A DNA stretch of 64,000 nucleotides from Eledone cirrhosa. Taxonomy: Eukaryota. The position numbers and the translations under genes were made by a program. Positions 1 through 11,399 of the stretch are shown one piece after another (within the stretch, counting starts at the first letter, position 1; each line of letters begins with the position of its first letter). The notes under the pieces are model-generated. The model was not told where the DNA came from. It ran no database searches and worked only from the letters and a program-made list of their open reading frames with translations. Location of the stretch: the NCBI GenBank assembly GCA_964016885.1, contig OZ024741.1:249674001-249738000 (forward strand), given 5' to 3'.

Positions 1-184
1 GATAATTTGTAAAAAAAAAATCAGGGGCAGATAATTTGTAAAAAAATCAGGGGGAGATAATTTGTAAAAAAAATCAGGGGGAGATAATTTGTAGAAAAAA
101 TCAGGGGTAGATAATTTGTAAAAAAAATCAGGGGGAGATAATTTGTAAAAAAAATCAGGGGGAGATAATTTGTAAAAAAAATCA

Positions 185-491
185 GGGGTAGATAATTTTC
201 AGCCGTCCAAGGGGAGATAATTTCCATCCTTCCAAGGGGAGATAATTTCCAGCCGTCCAAGGGGAGATAATTTCCCGCCAGCCAAGGAGAGATAACATTT
301 AAAAAAATCAGGCGGAGATAATTTGTAAAAAAAATCAGGGGGAGATAATTTGTAAAAAAATCAGGGGGAGATAATTTGTAAAAAAAATCAGGGGTAGATA
401 ATTTCCAGCCGTCCAAGGGGAGATAATTTCCATCCTTCCAAGGGGAGATAATTTCCAGCCGTCCAAGGGGAGATAATTTCCCGCCAGCCAA
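185..491 (+). repeat. Example of paired X cassettes (4 B monomers each, 101 bp; 206-bp sub-repeat)
   Basis: 185-285 and 391-491 each read GGGGTAG...CAGCCGTCCAA / CCATCCTTCCAA / CCAGCCGTCCAA / CCCGCCAGCCAA. Each is followed by the junction monomer GGAGAGATAA(C/T)ATTTAAAAAAATCA and then GGCGGAG. Confidence 0.95.
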
Positions 492-3479
492 GGAGAGATA
501 ATATTTAAAAAAATCAGGCGGAGATAATTTGTAAAAAAAATCAGGGGGAGATAATTTGTAAAAAAATCAGGGGGAGATAATTTGTAAAAAAAAATCAGGG
601 GGAGATAATTTGTAAAAAAAATCAGGGGGAGATAATTTGTAAAAAAAATCAGGGGTAGATAATTTGTAAAAAAAAATCAGGGGGAGATAATTTGTAAAAA
701 AAAAATCAGGGGGAGATAATTTGTAAAAAAATCAAGGGGAGATAATTTCCAGCCGTCCAAGGGGAGATAATTTTCAGCCGTCCAAGGAGAGGTAATTTCT
801 AGCCGTCCAAGGGGAGATAATTTCCAGCCGTCCAAGGGGAGATAATTTTTTTAAAAAAATCAGGCGGAGATAATTTGTAAACAAAAATCAGGGGAAGATA
901 ATTTGTAAAAAAAAATCAGGGGGAGATAATTTGTAAAAAAAAATCAGGGGGAGATAATTTGTAAAAAAAATCAAGGGGAGATAATTTCCAGCCGTCCAAG
1001 GGGAGGTAATATCTAGCCATCCAAGGGGAGATAATTTCCAGCCGTCCAAGGGGAGATATTTTCCAGCCGTCCAAGGAGAGGTAATTTCTAGCCGTCCAAG
1101 GGGAGATAAGTTCCTGCCTCCAAGGGGAGATAATTTCCAGCCAGCCAAGGGGAGATAATTTGTAAAAAAATCAGGGGGAGATAATTTGTAAAAAAAAAAT
1201 CAGGGGGAGATAATTTGTAAAAAAATCAGGGGGAGATAATTTGTAAAAAAAAAATCAGGGGGAGATAATTTGTAAAAAAAATCAGGGGGAGATAATTTGT
1301 AAAAAAAATCAGGGGTAGATAATTTGTAAAAAAAATCAGGGGGAGATAATTTGTAAAAAAAATCAGGGGGAGATAATTTGTAAAAAAAATCAGGGGTAGA
1401 TAATTTTCAGCCCTCCAAGGGGAGATAATTTCCATCCTTCCAAGGGGAGATAATTTCCAGCCGTCCAAGGGGAGATAATTTCCCGCCAGCCAAGGAGAGA
1501 TAACATTTAAAAAAATCAGGCGGAGATAATTTGTAAAAAAAATCAGGGGGAGATAATTTGTAAAAAAATTAGGGGGAGATAATTTGTAAAAAAAATCAGG
1601 GGTAGATAATTTCCAGCCGTCCAAGGGGAGATAATTTCCATCCTTCCAAGGGGAGATAATTTCCAGCCGTCCAAGGGGAGATAATTTCCCGCCAGCCAAG
1701 GAGAGATAATATTTAAAAAAATCAGGCGGAGATAATTTGTAAAAAAAATCAGGGGGAGATAATTTGTAAAAAAATCAGGGGGAGATAATTTGTAAAAAAA
1801 AATCAGGGGGAGATAATTTGTAAAAAAAATCAGGGGGAGATAATTTGTAAAAAAAAATCAGGGGTAGATAATTTGTAAAAAAAAATCAGGGGGAGATAAT
1901 TTGTAAAAAAAAATCAGGGGGAGATAATTTGTAAAAAAATCAAGGGGAGATAATTTCCAGCCGTCCAAGGGGAGATAATTTTCAGCCGTCCAAGGAGAGG
2001 TAATTTCTAGCCGTCCAAGGGGAGAGAATTTCCAGCCGTCCAAGGGGAGATAATTTTTTTAAAAAAATCAGGCGGAGATAATTTGTAAACAAAAATCAGG
2101 GGGAGATAATTTGTAAAAAAAAATCAGGGGGAGATAATTTGTAAAAAAAAATCAGGGGGAGATAATTTGTAAAAAAAATCAAGGGGAGATAATTTCCAGC
2201 CGTCCAAGGGGAGGTAATATCTAGCCATCCAAGGGGAGATAATTTCCAGCCGTCCAAGGGGAGATAATTTCCAGCCGTCCAAGGGGAGATAATTTCCATC
2301 CTTCCAAGGGGAGATAATTTCCAGCCGTCCAAGGGGAGATAATTTCCCGCCAGCCAAGGAGAGATAACATTTAAAAAAATCAGGCGGAGATAATTTGTAA
2401 AAAAAATCAGGGGGAGATAATTTGTAAAAAAAAATCAGGGGGAGATAATTTGTAAAAAAAATCAGGGGGAGATAATTTGTAAAAAAAATCAAGGGGAGAT
2501 AATTTGTAAAAAAAAATCAGGGGTAGATAATTTGTAAAAAAAAATCAGGGGGAGATAATTTGTAAAAAAAAAATCAGGGGGAGATAATTTGTAAAAAAAT
2601 CAAGGGGAGATAATTTCCAGCCGTCCAAGGGGAGATAATTTTCAGCCGTCCAAGGAGAGGTAATTTCTAGCCGTCCAAGGGGAGATAATTTCCATCCAGC
2701 CAAGGGGAGATAATTTGTAAAAAAATCAGGGGTAGATAATTTGTAAAAAAAAATCAGGGGGAGATAATTTGTAAAAAAAATCAGGGGGAGATAATTTGTA
2801 AAAAAATCAGGGGTAGATAATTTCCAGCCGTCCAAGGGGAGATAATTTCCATCCTTCCAAGGGGAGATAATTTCCAGCCGTCCAAGGGGAGATAATTTCC
2901 CGCCAGCCAAGGAGAGATAACATTTAAAAAAATCAGGCGGAGATAATTTGTAAAAAAAATCAGGGGGAGATAATTTGTAAAAAAATCAGGGGGAGATAAT
3001 TTGTAAAAAAAATCAGGGGTAGATAATTTCCAGCCGTCCAAGGGGAGATAATTTCCATCCTTCCAAGGGGAGATAATTTCCAGCCGTCCAAGGGGAGATA
3101 ATTTCCCGCCAGCCAAGGAGAGATAATATTTAAAAAAATCAGGCGGAGATAATTTGTAAAAAAAATCAGGGGGAGATAATTTGTAAAAAAATCAGGGGGA
3201 GATAATTTGTAAAAAAAAATCAGGGGAGATAATTTGTAAAAAAAATCAGGGGGTGATAATTTGTAAAAAAAATCAGGGGTAGATAATTTGTAAAAAAAAA
3301 TCAGGGGGAGATAATTTGTAAAAAAAAAATCAGGGGGAGATAATTTGTAAAAAAATCAAGGGGAGATAATTTCCAACCGTCCAAGGGGAGATAATTTTCA
3401 GCCGTCCAAGGAGGTAATTTCTAGCCGTCCAAGGGGAGATAATTTCCAGCCGTCCAAGGGGAGATAATTTTTTTAAAAA

Positions 3480-6400
3480 AATCAGGCGGAGATAATTTTT
3501 TTAAAAAAATCAGGCGGAGATAATTTGTAAACAAAAATCAGGGGGAGATAATTTGTAAAAAAAAATCAGGGGGAGATAATTTGTAAAAAAAATCGAGGGG
3601 AGATAATTTCCAGCCGTCCAAGGGGAGGTAATATCTAGCCATCCAAAGGGAGATAATTTCCAGCCGTCCAAGGGGAGATAATTTCCAGCCGTCCAAGGGG
3701 AGATAATATCCAGCCGTCCAAGGAGACATATTTTCCAGCCGTCCAAGGAGAGGTAATTTCTAGCCGTCCAAGGGGAGATAAGTTCCAGCCTCCAAGGGGA
3801 GATAATTTCCAGCCAGCCAAGGGGAGATAATTTGTAAAAAAATCAGGGGGAGATAATTTGTAAAAAAAAAATCAGGGGGAGATAATTTGTAAAAAAATCA
3901 GGGGGAGATAATTTGTAAAAAAAAAATCAGGGGGAGATAATTTGTAAAAAAAATCAGGGGGAGATAATTTGTAGAAAAAATCAGGGGTAGATAATTTGTA
4001 AAAAAAATCAGGGGGAGATAATTTGTAAAAAAAATCAGGGGGAGATAATTTGTAAAAGAAATCAGGGGTAGATAATTTTCAGTCGTCCAAGGGGAGATAA
4101 TTTCCATCCTTCCAAGGGGAGATAATTTCCAGCCGTCCAAGGGGAGATAATTTCCCGCCAGCCAAGGAGAGATAACATTTAAAAAAATCAGGCGGAGATA
4201 ATTTGTAAAAAAAATCAGGGGGAGATAATTTGTAAAAAAATCAGGGGGAGATAATTTGTAAAAAAAATCAGGGGTAGATAATTTCCAGCCGTCCAAGGGG
4301 AGATAATTTCCATCCTTCCAAGGGGAGATAATTTCCAGCCGTCCAAGGGGAGATAATTTCCCGCCAGCCAAGGAGAGATAATATTTAAAAAAATCAGGCG
4401 GAGATAATTTGTAAAAAAAATCAGGGGGAGATAATTTGTAAAAAAATCAGGGGGAGATAATTTGTAAAAAAAAATCAGGGGGAGATAATTTGTAAAAAAA
4501 ATCAGGGGGAGATAATTTGTAAAAAAAATCATGGGTAGATAATTTGTAAAAAAAAATCAGGGGGAGATAATTTGTAAAAAAAAAATCAGGGGGAGATAAT
4601 TTGTAAAAAAATCAAGGGGAGATAATTTCCAGCCGTCCAAAGGGAGATAATTTTCAGCCGTCCAAGGAGGTAATTTCTAGCCGTCCAAGGGGAGATAATT
4701 TCCAGCCGTCCAAGGGGAGATAATTTTTTTAAAAAAATCAGGCGGAGATAATTTGTAAACAAAAATCAGGGGGAGATAATTTGTAAAAAAAAATCAGGGG
4801 GAGATAATTTGTAAAAAAAAATCAGGGGGAGATAATTTGTAAAAAAAATCAAGGGGAGATAATTTCCAGCCGTCCAAGGGGAGGTAATATCTAGCCATCC
4901 AAGGGGAGATAATTTCCAGCCGTCCAAGGGGAGATAATTTCCAGCCGTCCAAGGGGAGATAATATCCAGCCGTCCAAGGAGACATATTTTCCAGCCGTCC
5001 AAGGAGAGGTAATTTCTAGCCGTCCAAGGGGAGATAAGTTCCAGCCTCCAAGGGGAGATAATTTCCAGCCAGCCAAGGGGAGATAATTTGTAAAAAAATC
5101 AGGGGGAGATAATTTGTAAAAAAAAAATCAGGGGGAGATAATTTGTAAAAAAATCAGGGGGAGATAATTTGTAAAAAAAAATCAGGGGGAGATAATTTGT
5201 AAAAAAAATCAGGGGGAGATAATTTGTAAAAAAAATCAGGGGTAGATAATTTGTAAAAAAAATCAGGGGGAGATAATTTGTAAAAAAAATCAGGGGGAGA
5301 TAATTTGTAAAAAAAATCAGGGGTAGATAATTTTCAGCCGTCCAAGGGGAGATAATTTCCATCCTTCCAAGGGGAGATAATTTCCAGCCGTCCAAGGGGA
5401 GATAATTTCCCGCCAGCCAAGGAGAGATAACATTTAAAAAAATCAGGCGGAGATAATTTGTAAAAAAAATCAGGGGGAGATAATTTGTAAAAAAATCAGG
5501 GGGAGATAATTTGTAAAAAAAATCAGGGGTAGATAATTTCCAGCCGTCCAAGGGGAGATAATTTCCATCCTTCCAAGGGGAGATAATTTCCAGCCGTCCA
5601 AGGGGAGATAATTTCCCGCCAGCCAAGGAGAGATAATATTTAAAAAAATCAGGCGGAGATAATTTGTAAAAAAAATCAGGGGGAGATAATTTGTAAAAAA
5701 ATCAGGGGGAGATAATTTGTAAAAAAAAATCAGGGGGAGATAATTTGTAAAAAAAATCAGGGGGAGATAATTTGTAAAAAAAAATCAGGGGTAGATAATT
5801 TGTAAAAAAAAATCAGGGGGAGATAATTTGTAAAAAAATCAAGGGGAGATAATTTCCAGCCGTCCAAGGGGAGATAATTTTCAGCCGTCCAAGGAGAGGT
5901 AATTTCTAGCCGTCCAAGGGGAGATAATTTCCAGCCGTCCAAGGGGAGATAATTTTTTAAAAAAATCAGGCGGAGATAATTTGTAAACAAAAATCAGGGG
6001 GAGATAATTTGTAAAAAAAAATCAGGGGGAGATAATTTGTAAAAAAAAATCAGGGGGAGATAATTTGTAAAAAAAATCAAGGGGAGATAATTTCCAGCCG
6101 TCCAAGGGGAGGTAATATCTAGCCATCCAAGGGGAGATAATTTCCAGCCGTCCAAGGGGAGATAATTTCCAGCCGTCCAAGGGGAGATAATATCCAGCCG
6201 TCCAAGGAGACATATTTTCCAGCCGTCCAAGGAGACGTAATTTCTAGCCGTCCAAGGGGAGATAAGTTCCAGCCTCCAAGGGGAGATAATTTCCAGCCAG
6301 CCAAGGGGAGATAATTTGTAAAAAAATTAGGGGGAGATAATTTGTAAAAAAAAATTAGGGGGAGATAATTTGTAAAAAAAAATCAGGGGGAGATAATTTG

Positions 6401-9400
6401 TAAAAAAAAATCAGGGGGAGATAATTTGTAAAAAAAATCAAGGGGAGATAATTTCCAGCCGTCCAAGGGGAGATAATTTTCAGCCGTCCAAGGAGAGGTA
6501 AATTCTAGCCGTCCAAGGAGATATAATTTCCAGCCGTCCAAGGGGAGATAATTTCCAGCCGTCCAAGGGGAGATAATTTTTAAAAAAAAATCAGGCGGAG
6601 ATAATTTGTAAACAAAAATCAGGGGGAGATAATTTTAAAAAAAAAATCAGGGGGAGATAATTTGTAAAAAAAAATCAGGGGGAGATAATTTGTAAAAAAA
6701 ATCAAGGGGAGATAATTTCCAGCCGTCCAAGGGGAGGTAATATCTAGCCATCCAAGGGGAGATAATTTCCAGCCGTCCAAGGGGAGATAATTTCCAGCCG
6801 TCCAAGGGGAGATAATATCCAGCCGTCCAAGGAGACATATTTTCCAGCCGTCCAAGGAGAGGTAATTTCTAGCCGTCCAAGGGGAGATAAGTTCCAGCCT
6901 CCAAGGGGAGATAATTTCCAGCCAGCCAAGGGGAGATAATTTGTAAAAAAATCAGGGGGGAGATAATTTGTAAAAAAAATCAGGGGGAGATAATTTGAAA
7001 AAAAAATCAGGGGGAGATAATTTGTAAAAAATATCAAGGGGAGATAATTTCCAGCCGTCCAAGGGGAGATAATTTCCAGCCGTCCAAGGGGAGATAATTT
7101 TTTTAAAAAAATCAGGCGGAGATAATTTGTAAACAAAAATCAGGGGGAGATAATTTGTAAAAAAAAATCAGGGGGAGATAATTTGTAAAAAAAATCAAGG
7201 GGAGATAATTTCCAGCCGTCCAAGGGGAGGTAATATCTAGCCATCCAAAGGGAGATAATTTCCAGCCGTCCAAGGGGAGATAATTTCCAGCCGTCCAAGG
7301 GGAGATAATATCCAGCCGTCCAAGGAGACATATTTTCCAGCCGTCCAAGGAGAGGTAATTTCTAGCCGTCCAAGGGGAGATAAGTTCCAGCCTCCAAGGG
7401 GAGATAATTTCCAGCCAGCCAAGGGGAGATAATTTGTAAAAAAATCAGGGGGAGATAATTTGTAAAAAAAAATCAGGGGGAGATAATTTGTAAAAAAATC
7501 AGGGGGAGATAATTTGTAAAAAAAAATCAGGGGGAGATAATTTGTAGAAAAAATCAGGGGTTGATAATTTGTAAAAAAAATCAGGGGGAGATAATTTGTA
7601 AAAAAAATCAGGGGGAGATAATTTGTAAAAGAAATCAGGGGTAGATAATTTTCAGTCGTCCAAGGGGAGATAATTTCCATCCTTCCAAGGGGAGATAATT
7701 TCCAGCCGTCCAAGGGGAGATAATTTCCCGCCAGCCAAGGAGAGATAACATTTAAAAAAATCAGGCGGAGATAATTTGTAAAAAAAATCAGGGGGAGATA
7801 ATTTGTAAAAAAATCAGGGGGAGATAATTTGTAAAAAAAATCAGGGGTAGATAATTTCCAGCCGTCCAAGGGGAGATAATTTCCATCCTTCCAAGGGGAG
7901 ATAATTTCCAGCCGTCCAAGGGGAGATAATTTCCCGCCAGCCAAGGAGAGATAATATTTAAAAAAATCAGGCGGAGATAATTTGTAAAAAAAATCAGGGG
8001 GAGATAATTTGTAAAAAAATCAGGGGGAGATAATTTGTAAAAAAAAATCAGGGGGAGATAATTTGTAAAAAAAATCAGGGGGAGATAATTTGTAAAAAAA
8101 AATCAGGGGTAGATAATTTGTAAAAAAAAATCAGGGGGAGATAATTTGTAAAAAAAAATCAGGGGGAGATAATTTGTAAAAAAATCAAGGGGAGATAATT
8201 TCCAGCCGTCCAAGGGGAGATAATTTTCAGCCGTCCAAGGAGAGGTAATTTCTAGCCGTCCAAGGGGAGATAATTTCCAGCCGTCCAAGGGGAGATAATT
8301 TTTTTAAAAAAATCAGGCGGAGATAATTTGTAAACAAAAATCAGGGGGAGATAATTTGTAAAAAAAAATCAGGGGGAGATAATTTGTAAAAAAAAATCAG
8401 GGGGAGATAATTTGTAAAAAAAATCAAGGGGAGATAATTTCCAGCCGTCCAAGGGGAGGTAATATCTAGCCATCCAAGGGGAGATAATTTCCAGCCGTCC
8501 AAGGGGAGATAATTTCCAGACGTCCAAGGGGAGATAATATCCAGCCGTCCAAGGAGACATATTTTCCAGCCGTCCAAGGAGAGGTAATTTCTAGCCGTCC
8601 AAGGGGAGATAAGTTCCAGCCTCCAAGGGGAGATAATTTCCAGCCAGCCAAGGGGAGATAATTTGTAAAAAAATCAGGGGGAGATAATTTGTAAAAAAAA
8701 AATCAGGGGGAGATAATTTGTAAAAAAATCAGGGGGAGATAATTTGTAAAAAAAAATCAGGGGGAGATAATTTGTAAAAAAAATCAGGTGGAGATAATTT
8801 GTAAAAAAAATCAGGGGTAGATAATTTGTAAAAAAAATCAGGGGGAGATAATTTGTAAAAAAAATCAGGGGGAGATAATTTGTAAAAAAAATCAGGGGTA
8901 GATAATTTTCAGCCGTCCAAGGGGAGATAATTTCCATCCTTCCAAGGGGAGATAATTTCCAGCCGTCCAAGGGGAGATAATTTCCCGCCAGCCAAGGAGA
9001 GATAACATTTAAAAAAATCAGGCGGAGATAATTTGTAAAAAAAATCAGGGGGAGATAATTTGTAAAAAAATCAGGGGGAGATAATTTGTAAAAAAAATCA
9101 GGGGTAGATAATTTCCAGCCGTCCAAGGGGAGATAATTTCCATCCTTCCAAGGGGAGATAATTTCCAGCCGTCCAAGGGGAGATAATTTCCCGCCAGCCA
9201 AGGAGAGATAATATTTAAAAAAATCAGGCGGAGATAATTTGTAAAAAAAATCAGGGGGAGATAATTTGTAAAAAAATCAGGGGGAGATAATTTGTAAAAA
9301 AAAATCAGGGGGAGATAATTTGTAAAAAAAATCAGGGGGAGATAATTTGTAAAAAAAAATCAGGGGTAGATAATTTGTAAAAAAAAATCAGGGGGAGATA

Positions 9401-10620
9401 ATTTGTAAAAAAATCAAGGGGAGATAATTTCCAGCCGTCCAAGGGGAGATAATTTTCAGCCGTCCAAGGAGAGGTAATTTCTAGCCGTCCAAGGGGAGAT
9501 AATTTCCAGCCGTCCAAGGGGAGATAATTTTTTAAAAAAATCAGGCGGAGATAATTTGTAAACAAAAATCAGGGGGAGATAATTTGTAAAAAAAAATCAG
9601 GGGGAGATAATTTGTAAAAAAAAATCAGGGGGAGATAATTTGTAAAAAAAATCAAGGGGAGATAATTTCCAGCCGTCCAAGGGGAGGTAATATCTAGCCA
9701 TCCAAGGGGAGATAATTTCCAGCCGTCCAAGGGGAGATAATTTCCAGCCGTCCAAGGGGAGATAATATCCAGCCGTCCAAGGAGACATATTTTCCAGCCG
9801 TCCAAGGAGACGTAATTTCTAGCCGTCCAAGGGGAGATAAGTTCCAGCCTCCAAGGGGAGATAATTTCCAGCCAGCCAAGGGGAGATAATTTGTAAAAAA
9901 ATTAGGGGGAGATAATTTGTAAAAAAAAATTAGGGGGAGATAATTTGTAAAAAAAAATCAGGGGGAGATAATTTGTAAAAAAAAATCAGGGGGAGATAAT
10001 TTGTAAAAAAAATCAAGGGGAGATAATTTCCAGCCGTCCAAGGGGAGATAATTTTCAGCCGTCCAAGGAGAGGTAAATTCTAGCCGTCCAAGGAGATATA
10101 ATTTCCAGCCGTCCAAGGGGAGATAATTTCCAGCCGTCCAAGGGGAGATAATTTTAAAAAAAAAATCAGGCGGAGATAATTTGTAAACAAAAATCAGGGG
10201 GAGATAATTTTTAGAAAAAAATCAGGGGGAGATAATTTGTAAAAAAAAATCAGGGGGAGATAATTTGTAAAAAAAATCAAGGGGAGATAATTTCCAGCCG
10301 TCCAAGGGGAGGTAATATCTAGCCATCCAAGGGGAGATAATTTCCTGCCGTCCAAGGGGAGATAATTTCCAGCCGTCCAAGGGGAGATAATATCCAGCCG
10401 TCCAAGGAGACATATTTTCCAGCCGTCCAAGGAGAGGTAATTTCTAGCCGTCCAAGGGGAGATAAGTTCCAGCCTCCAAGGGGAGATAATTTCCAGCCAG
10501 CCAAGGGGAGATAATTTGTAAAAAAATCAGGGGGGAGATAATTTGTAAAAAAAATCAGGGGGAGATAATTTGAAAAAAAAATCAGGGGGAGATAATTTGT
10601 AAAAAATATCAAGGGGAGAT
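3480..10620 (+). repeat. ~3.6-kb tandem segmental duplication within the array (boundaries approximate)
   Basis: Private variants GTAAAAGAAATC (4058/7631) and CAGTCGTCC (4083/7656), plus ATCCAAAGGG (3641/7243). Repeated ORF-track offsets of 3,575 bp (4766/8341, 5099/8674, 6619/10194). Confidence 0.85.
4853..5076 (+). repeat. Example of Z cassette (9 B monomers, 224 bp)
   Basis: Fixed order of variants including GGGGAGGTAATATCTAGCCATCCAA, GATAATATCC, GGAGACATATTTTCC, GGAGAGGTAATTTCTAG, a 24-bp GATAAGTTCCAGCCTCCAA monomer and terminal CCAGCCAGCCAA. It recurs throughout the window. Confidence 0.95.
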
Positions 10621-10799
10621 AATTTCCAGCCCTCCAAGGGGCTATAATTTCCAGCCGTGCAAGGGGAGATAATTTCCAGCCGTCCAAGGGGAGATAATTT
10701 CCATCCTTCCAAGGGGAGATAATTTCCAGCCGTCCAAGGGGAGATAATTTCCCGCCAGCCAAGGGAAGATAATTTTTTAAAAAATCAGGCGGAGATTGT
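10613..10799 (+). repeat. Example of rarer W cassette (6 B monomers plus modified junction); 7 copies seen
   Basis: Diagnostic GGGGCTATAATTTCCAGCCGTGCAA at 10638, 12484, 34000, 36844, 48401, 50609 and 52845. Each is followed later by GGGAAGATAA and a 4-bp-deleted GGCGGAGATTGT. Confidence 0.93.
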
Positions 10800-11399
10800 A
10801 AAAAAAATCAGGGGGAGATAATTTGTAAAAAAAATCAGGGGGAGATAATTTGTAAAAAAAATCAGGGGGAGATAATTTGTAAAAAAAATCAGGGGTAGAT
10901 AATTTTCAGCCGTCCAAGGGGAGATAATTTCCATCCTTCCAAGGGGAGATAATTTCCAGCCGTCCAAGGGGAGATAATTTCCATCCTTCCAAGGGGAGAT
11001 AATTTCCAGCCGTCCAAGGGGAGATAATTTCCCGCCAGCCAAGGAGAGATAATATTTAAAAAAATCAGGCGGAGATAATTTGTAAAAAAAATCAGGGGGA
11101 GATAATTTGTAAAAAAATCAGGGGGAGATAATTTGTAAAAAAAAATCAGGGGGAGATAATTTGTAAAAAAAATCAGGGGGAGATAATTTGTAAAAAAAAA
11201 TCAGGGGTAGATAATTTGTAAAAAAAAATCAGGGGGAGATAATTTGTAAAAAAAAAATCAGGGGGAGATAATTTGTAAAAAAATCAAGGGGAGATAATTT
11301 CCAGCCGTCCAAGGGGAGATAATTTTCAGCCGTCCAAGGAGAGGTAATTTCTAGCCGTCCAAGGGGAGATAATTTCCAGCCGTCCAAGGGGAGATAATT

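Noticed and set aside
845-862. T-run/A-run inverted repeat at Y exits as a terminator
   Set aside because: The stem is AT-only with no GC hairpin and no upstream gene. It is a variant A monomer.
6326-6362. TTAGGG telomere motif in some A monomers
   Set aside because: It is a single C-to-T variant of TCAGGG in isolated monomers, not a tandem (TTAGGG)n tract.
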